10,023 nucleotides of DNA from Chthonomonadales bacterium. GTDB lineage: Bacteria > Armatimonadota > Chthonomonadetes > Chthonomonadales > Chthonomonadaceae. The stretch spans positions 1 through 10,023 of the forward strand of contig JBBQPO010000233.1 of NCBI GenBank assembly GCA_038217285.1. Reading direction: 5' to 3'. Under the pieces are notes generated by a model. The model was not told the origin of the DNA. It searched no databases and saw only the letters and a list, made by a program, of their open reading frames with translations. Within the stretch, counting starts at the first letter, position 1, and each line of letters begins with the position of its first letter. This document shows, piece after piece, positions 5,847 to 10,023 of the stretch. The position numbers and the translations under genes are program-made.

Positions 5847-8336
5847 TTAAGCGACTGCGGCGGGCTCGTCGAGGGCCGTCAGTCCTTCTTCCGGAAGGCT
5901 TGGCCGGAAGATGATCTCGTTGTTCTCAAGCGACGCGTGAATGATATCGCCTGCTCGGAAAGTGCCGCGCAGCACTTCCTCTGCCAGCGGATCTTCGATC
6001 AAGCGCTGGATTGCCCGGCGGAGCGGACGCGCGCCCATAGTAGGGTCGAAGCCCTCTTTTGCCAGCATCTCCCGCACTTCGGTCGAGACGGTGATACTCA
6101 TCTGCTGGGTCGCAACCTGCTTGTTGACGCGCGCCAACATCAGATCCACGATCTGGAGGATCTCGCCCTCAGTAAGTGACTGGAACACGATGACTTCGTC
6201 TATGCGGTTCAGGAACTCGGGACGGAAGGTCTTCTTCATCTCGTCCATGACCCGGTTCTTCATGCCCTCGTAGACTCGCTCGCCGGTGCCTTTGCGCTCC
6301 TCATCCGACCGGAGGCCCATGCCGCGTTCGGGGTTGATGGACCGCGCCCCGATATTCGAGGTCATGATGATGACGGTATTCTTGAAGTCGACGATGCGGC
6401 CCTGCGAATCGGTAAGGCGACCGTCTTCTGCGACTTGCAGCAGAATATTGAAGACTTCCGGATGCGCTTTCTCGATCTCATCCAGAAGGACGACCGAGTA
6501 CGGGTTGCGGCGGACGGCTTCCGTCAACTGACCGCCCTCCTCGTAACCGACGTAGCCTGGAGGCGCGCCAACAAGGCGACTGACGTTGAAGCGCTCCGAG
6601 TACTCGCTCATGTCGATCCGGATCAGGTTGTTCTCGCTGTCGAAGAGGAACGACGACAGGGCGCGGGCCAGTTCGGTCTTGCCGGTGCCGGTCGGCCCCA
6701 TGAAGATGAACGTGCCCATCGGGCGCTTCGGATCCTTCATGCCGGAGCGAGCGCGGCGAACCGCCTTGCTCACAGCGACGATGGCGTCGTGCTGACCGAT
6801 GATCTTCTTGTGCAGCTCCTCTTCCATACGGAGCAGCTTCTGGGTTTCGGCCTCTACCAGACGGCTGACCGGGATTCCGGTCCAGGCGGTGACGATCTGG
6901 GCGACCTCTTCCTCCGTCACGATGCGGGGCATGCTTTCGCGGCGACTGTTCCAGTCCAGTTCGAGTTCCGCGATCTGCTGCTTGAGCTCTTCCTGTCGGG
7001 CCTGAAGGTTGTTTTCGCCCATCTCCCATTTCGCGCCATTCACCATGGCGTTGACTTCCTTCTGCACCTCGACCAGCTTCTGCTTGGCCTGACGTAGTTC
7101 GGCAGGGGGCAAGGCATAGAGCAGTCGGACACGGCTGGCGGCTTCATCGATCAGGTCGATGGCCTTGTCCGGCAGGAAGCGGTCCGTGATATAGCGATCC
7201 GCCAGTTGCGCGGCAGCCACAAGCGCGTCGTCCGTGATTTTCACATGGTGATGCGTCTCGTAGCGTTCGCGCAGACCTTTCAGGATCTCCACGGCTTCGT
7301 CCGGCGTGGGTTCGCTGACCTTTACCGGCTGGAAACGACGCTGCAGGGCGGCATCGCGCTCGATATACTTGCGGAACTCGTCGAGTGTGGTCGCGCCGAT
7401 ACACTGCAGCTCACCACGGGCGAGCGCTGGCTTCATGATGTTCGAGGCGTCGATCGCGCCTTCGGCAGCGCCAGCGCCGACGAGGGTGTGCAGTTCGTCT
7501 ACGAACAGGACGATCTCGCCTGCCGCTTTCCGAACCTCCTCCATCACGCGCTTCATCCGCTCTTCGAACTCACCGCGATACTTGGTACCGGCAACCAGGC
7601 CAGCCAGATCGAGCGAGACGATACGCTTGTCTTTCAACATCTCCGGGATGTCTCCGGTAATGATTCGCTGCGCCAGCCCTTCGGCAATCGCCGTCTTGCC
7701 CACGCCGGGCTCACCGAGCAGGACCGGGTTGTTTTTGGTGCGGCGACTCAGGATCTGGATCACGCGCTCGATCTCGGTGTTACGTCCAACGACCGGATCG
7801 AGCTTTTCGTTGCGGGCCAGTTCCGTGAGGTCGCGTCCGAACTCATCGAGGGTAGGGGTGCGGGATCGCTGACCCTGTTTCTGCGTCGGGCCGGCGCCAC
7901 TATCGTTGTCCTGCAGCGCCATAACCTCACGCCGAGTCCTCTCCAGCTCCACGCCGAGTTTCGCCAGCACACGTCCTGCCAGACCCTCGCCCTCGCGGAT
8001 CAGGCCGAGCAGAAGGTGCTCCGTTCCGATATAGTTGTTGCTCAGTTGCCGCGCTTCGTCGTAAGCGAGATCGATCACGCGCTTGGCCCGAGGCGTGAGC
8101 TGCATGTCTTGTCCCTGACGTCCGTCCCCGCGTGCCACCTGTCGCTCGATCTCACTGCGAATGCGACCCAGCGAGACACCCATTCTATCTAATATCCGAG
8201 CGGCCACGCTGTCGTTCTCGCGTACCAGTCCGAGGAGCAGATGTTCGGTGGAGACATAGTTCTCACCGAGCCGTCCGGCCTCTTCCTGGGCGAAAAACAC
8301 GACGCGTCGCGCCCGTTCCGTAAATCGTTGCCACAT
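5847..8336 (-). CDS. clpC: ATP-dependent Clp protease ATP-binding subunit ClpC (829 aa)
   Basis: Start at [10 protein letters not shown] (8336) after RBS AAGGAGG. Two Clp_N repeats (TEHLLLGL twice). NBD1: [16 protein letters not shown]. Short coiled-coil M domain. NBD2: [28 protein letters not shown]. Confidence 0.96.
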   Translation of the reverse strand: MWQRFTERARRVVFFAQEEAGRLGENYVSTEHLLLGLVRENDSVAARILDRMGVSLGRIRSEIERQVARGDGRQGQDMQLTPRAKRVIDLAYDEARQLSNNYIGTEHLLLGLIREGEGLAGRVLAKLGVELERTRREVMALQDNDSGAGPTQKQGQRSRTPTLDEFGRDLTELARNEKLDPVVGRNTEIERVIQILSRRTKNNPVLLGEPGVGKTAIAEGLAQRIITGDIPEMLKDKRIVSLDLAGLVAGTKYRGEFEERMKRVMEEVRKAAGEIVLFVDELHTLVGAGAAEGAIDASNIMKPALARGELQCIGATTLDEFRKYIERDAALQRRFQPVKVSEPTPDEAVEILKGLRERYETHHHVKITDDALVAAAQLADRYITDRFLPDKAIDLIDEAASRVRLLYALPPAELRQAKQKLVEVQKEVNAMVNGAKWEMGENNLQARQEELKQQIAELELDWNSRRESMPRIVTEEEVAQIVTAWTGIPVSRLVEAETQKLLRMEEELHKKIIGQHDAIVAVSKAVRRARSGMKDPKRPMGTFIFMGPTGTGKTELARALSSFLFDSENNLIRIDMSEYSERFNVSRLVGAPPGYVGYEEGGQLTEAVRRNPYSVVLLDEIEKAHPEVFNILLQVAEDGRLTDSQGRIVDFKNTVIIMTSNIGARSINPERGMGLRSDEERKGTGERVYEGMKNRVMDEMKKTFRPEFLNRIDEVIVFQSLTEGEILQIVDLMLARVNKQVATQQMSITVSTEVREMLAKEGFDPTMGARPLRRAIQRLIEDPLAEEVLRGTFRAGDIIHASLENNEIIFRPSLPEEGLTALDEPAAVA

Positions 8337-8408
8337 CGTTCTGAGTCCCTCCTTCTGTATGCTGCGCCGTCTCCACCATGCAGACAAACCGTCTGCGGGC
8401 CACCTGAC

Positions 8409-8437
8409 AACTTACAGAAATGAATCCCTGTTCTCAA
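8409..8437 (-). promoter_or_regulatory. Putative sigma70 promoter of clpC
   Basis: TTGAGA (8437-8432), a 17-nt spacer, then TAAGTT (8414-8409), about 70 nt upstream of the start. The -10 is only a partial match. Confidence 0.4.
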
Positions 8438-8586
8438 ATACCGTCGAGACCGAGGATCGGGTTATGTCGCGCAAGGCGCGGCATTCCTTTCGGTCGGCTC
8501 TACGGAGGATCGCACTTTCAGACTACCTGAATCTTTTTACGTTTGAGCTTCGGCGTTCGTTTAACGCTTTTAACCTGACCTTTCGA

Positions 8587-9501
8587 TCAGGCTGGCACCC
8601 CATCGTGCGACGTACGCTCCCGAAAGCCCGCGATAACGCGATTGGTGAGCGGACCGGGAATTCCGTCGCCGATCTTCCTGCCATCGCAGGAGACCATGGG
8701 TATGACTTCGGCGGCTGTCCCGGTCAAAAACGCTTCGTCGGCGTTGTAGACATCGTAGAGTGTCGTCACGGTTTCGCTGCAGGTCAGACCCATCTCGTGG
8801 GCCAGTTCCATCACGACTGCACGCGTTATTCCAGGCAGGGCGCCCTCACTCGTCGGCGGAGTGGTGAGCTTGCCGCCCGTTACCAGGAATAGGTTGTCGC
8901 CACTGGCTTCTGCGACGTTGCCCGCCATGTTGAGCATGAGCGCTTCGCCCGCACCGACCCGGTTGGCTTCCATCTTGGCCGCGATACTGTTGATATACTT
9001 GCCTAGGGACTTGATCTGTGGATCCATGCAGACCGCCGGGGGAACGCGCGTTGACGCAGTGATGACGTCCAGGCCACGCTCGTAGAGTTCCTGTGGGTAG
9101 AGGCGCAACTGCTCGGTCGAGATGATGACGGTAGGGGGACCCTTCAGATGCTTGGGATCAAGCCCAAGGCCTACGCCTCGAGAGACCGTAAGGCGAATGT
9201 AGCCGGAGACCACACCGTTGGCGCGCACGGTTTCGACCACATGCGATTGAAGAGTTACCTTGTCGATCTGAAGGTCGATAGCGAGGCCACGGGCGGAGCG
9301 GAAAAGGCGCGTCAAATGGTCGTCCAGGCGGAATATGTTATGGTCGTAGACGCGGATGCCTTCGAAAGCCCCATCTCCATAGAGAAAGCCATGATCGTAG
9401 ATGGAAACGTGGGCCTCTGCCTTGGGAGTCAATTTCCCGTTAAGGCTGACCCACTGCTCAGACTCTCTTGAAGCCCCGGCCTCTCTCTGTTCCGCCCCCA
9501 T
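8587..9501 (-). CDS. ilvE: Branched-chain amino acid aminotransferase (PLP fold IV)
   Basis: Motifs DHGFLYGDGAFEGIRVY, IFRLDDHLTRL, YIRLTVSRG, IKSL (PLP lysine), EASGDNLF, LPGITR, ADEAFLTGTAAEV. GGGGAG RBS upstream. Confidence 0.93.
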   Translation of the reverse strand: MGAEQREAGASRESEQWVSLNGKLTPKAEAHVSIYDHGFLYGDGAFEGIRVYDHNIFRLDDHLTRLFRSARGLAIDLQIDKVTLQSHVVETVRANGVVSGYIRLTVSRGVGLGLDPKHLKGPPTVIISTEQLRLYPQELYERGLDVITASTRVPPAVCMDPQIKSLGKYINSIAAKMEANRVGAGEALMLNMAGNVAEASGDNLFLVTGGKLTTPPTSEGALPGITRAVVMELAHEMGLTCSETVTTLYDVYNADEAFLTGTAAEVIPMVSCDGRKIGDGIPGPLTNRVIAGFRERTSHDGVPA

Positions 9502-9587
9502 ATCGCGTACTCCCCGGCGTCAGGCAGGTCAGTGCGCATGAAGCGGCTAAAAGAACGCCTGTGCCTCGTCTCGTGTAGTTGAAAAGC

Positions 9588-9617
9588 AGTATACCATACC
9601 CGCCGAAACGATTGCAA
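9588..9617 (-). promoter_or_regulatory. Putative extended -10 sigma70 promoter of ilvE
   Basis: TTGCAA (9617-9612), an 18-nt spacer ending in TGG, then TATACT (9593-9588), giving a TGn-TATACT extended -10. Confidence 0.6.
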
Positions 9618-9746
9618 CGACAGCGCGGAGCCATGTGAATCGCTGCGGCCTCCGGCGTGAGGCAGGAGTTGTCCCGTAGTGTGTGGAAATCTTACCCGAA
9701 CTTTGTGTGTTACCAGGTTCGTTCGTGCCTTCCGACGAGGAGTCCC

Positions 9747-10023
9747 ATGGAACCCGATGCTATTCGTGAAACTGTAAATGAGATCGCGCCGGCCTATGCC
9801 GGGGTTCGTCACCATCTGCATCGGAACCCGGAGCTAAGCGGGCAGGAGCAGGAGACGTCGGCGTTCGTCGCAACGGAACTGCATCGGCTTGGAATGGATG
9901 AGGTGCAAACGGGGGTAGGAGGCCATGGCATTGTCGCTCTTTTAAGAGGTTCCGGCAAGGGGCCTCTGTTTGCCATTCGCGCCGACATGGACGCGCTGCC
10001 TATTCAAGAAGAGGGAGATCTTC
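9747..10023 (+). CDS. M20 family amidohydrolase (aminoacylase/hippurate hydrolase-like), 3' end outside window
   Basis: Hand translation after GAGGAG: MEPDAIRETVNEIAPAYAGVRHHLHRNPELSGQEQETS...GHGIVALLRG...AIRADMDALPIQE. LHxxPELS and RADMDALP are hallmark M20 motifs. Not in the ORF track. Confidence 0.93.
   Translation, partial: MEPDAIRETVNEIAPAYAGVRHHLHRNPELSGQEQETSAFVATELHRLGMDEVQTGVGGHGIVALLRGSGKGPLFAIRADMDALPIQEEGDL

Noticed and set aside
6435-8192. Long plus-strand ORFs (220, 328 and 188 aa) antisense to clpC
   Set aside because: Typical shadow ORFs opposite a GC3-biased conserved gene; no recognisable motifs.
8337-8387. 17-aa N-terminal extension of ClpC
   Set aside because: It contains the AAGGAGG RBS; the conserved start is MWQRFTER at 8336.
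8337-8586. CtsR, CIRCE or HAIR heat-shock operator or structured RNA upstream of clpC
   Set aside because: No match to those consensus motifs seen; only a small GCAGAC/GTCTGC hairpin (8380-8396).
9429-9821. 130-aa minus-strand ORF, or a T-box/attenuator upstream of ilvE
   Set aside because: The ORF overlaps both flanking genes and lacks motifs; no T-box consensus or Ile/Leu/Val-rich leader peptide seen.

Overview
Bacterial chromosomal window, GC-rich; the ClpC N-terminus ([20 protein letters not shown]) suggests Armatimonadota (inference). Left half: a DAB-type inorganic carbon (CO2/HCO3-) pump operon on the minus strand. It comprises dabB (NuoL/MrpA-like) and dabA (DUF2309), which runs off the left edge and is missing from the supplied ORF track. 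A perfect-consensus sigma70 promoter (TTGACA-N18-TATAAT) drives it, and a palindromic candidate operator fills the promoter spacer. Transcribed divergently are a small winged-HTH regulator and a membrane protein resembling an M48/Ste24 protease that has lost its HExxH catalytic site and ends in a His/Cys-rich tail. A secreted hypothetical protein follows. At the junction with the housekeeping region is an orphan, degenerate 3' end (domains V-VI) of a class IIC-like group II intron. Right half: clpC, ilvE and the start of an M20 amidohydrolase. The best candidate for an undescribed system is the wHTH + operator + M48-pseudoprotease module coupled to dabBA.
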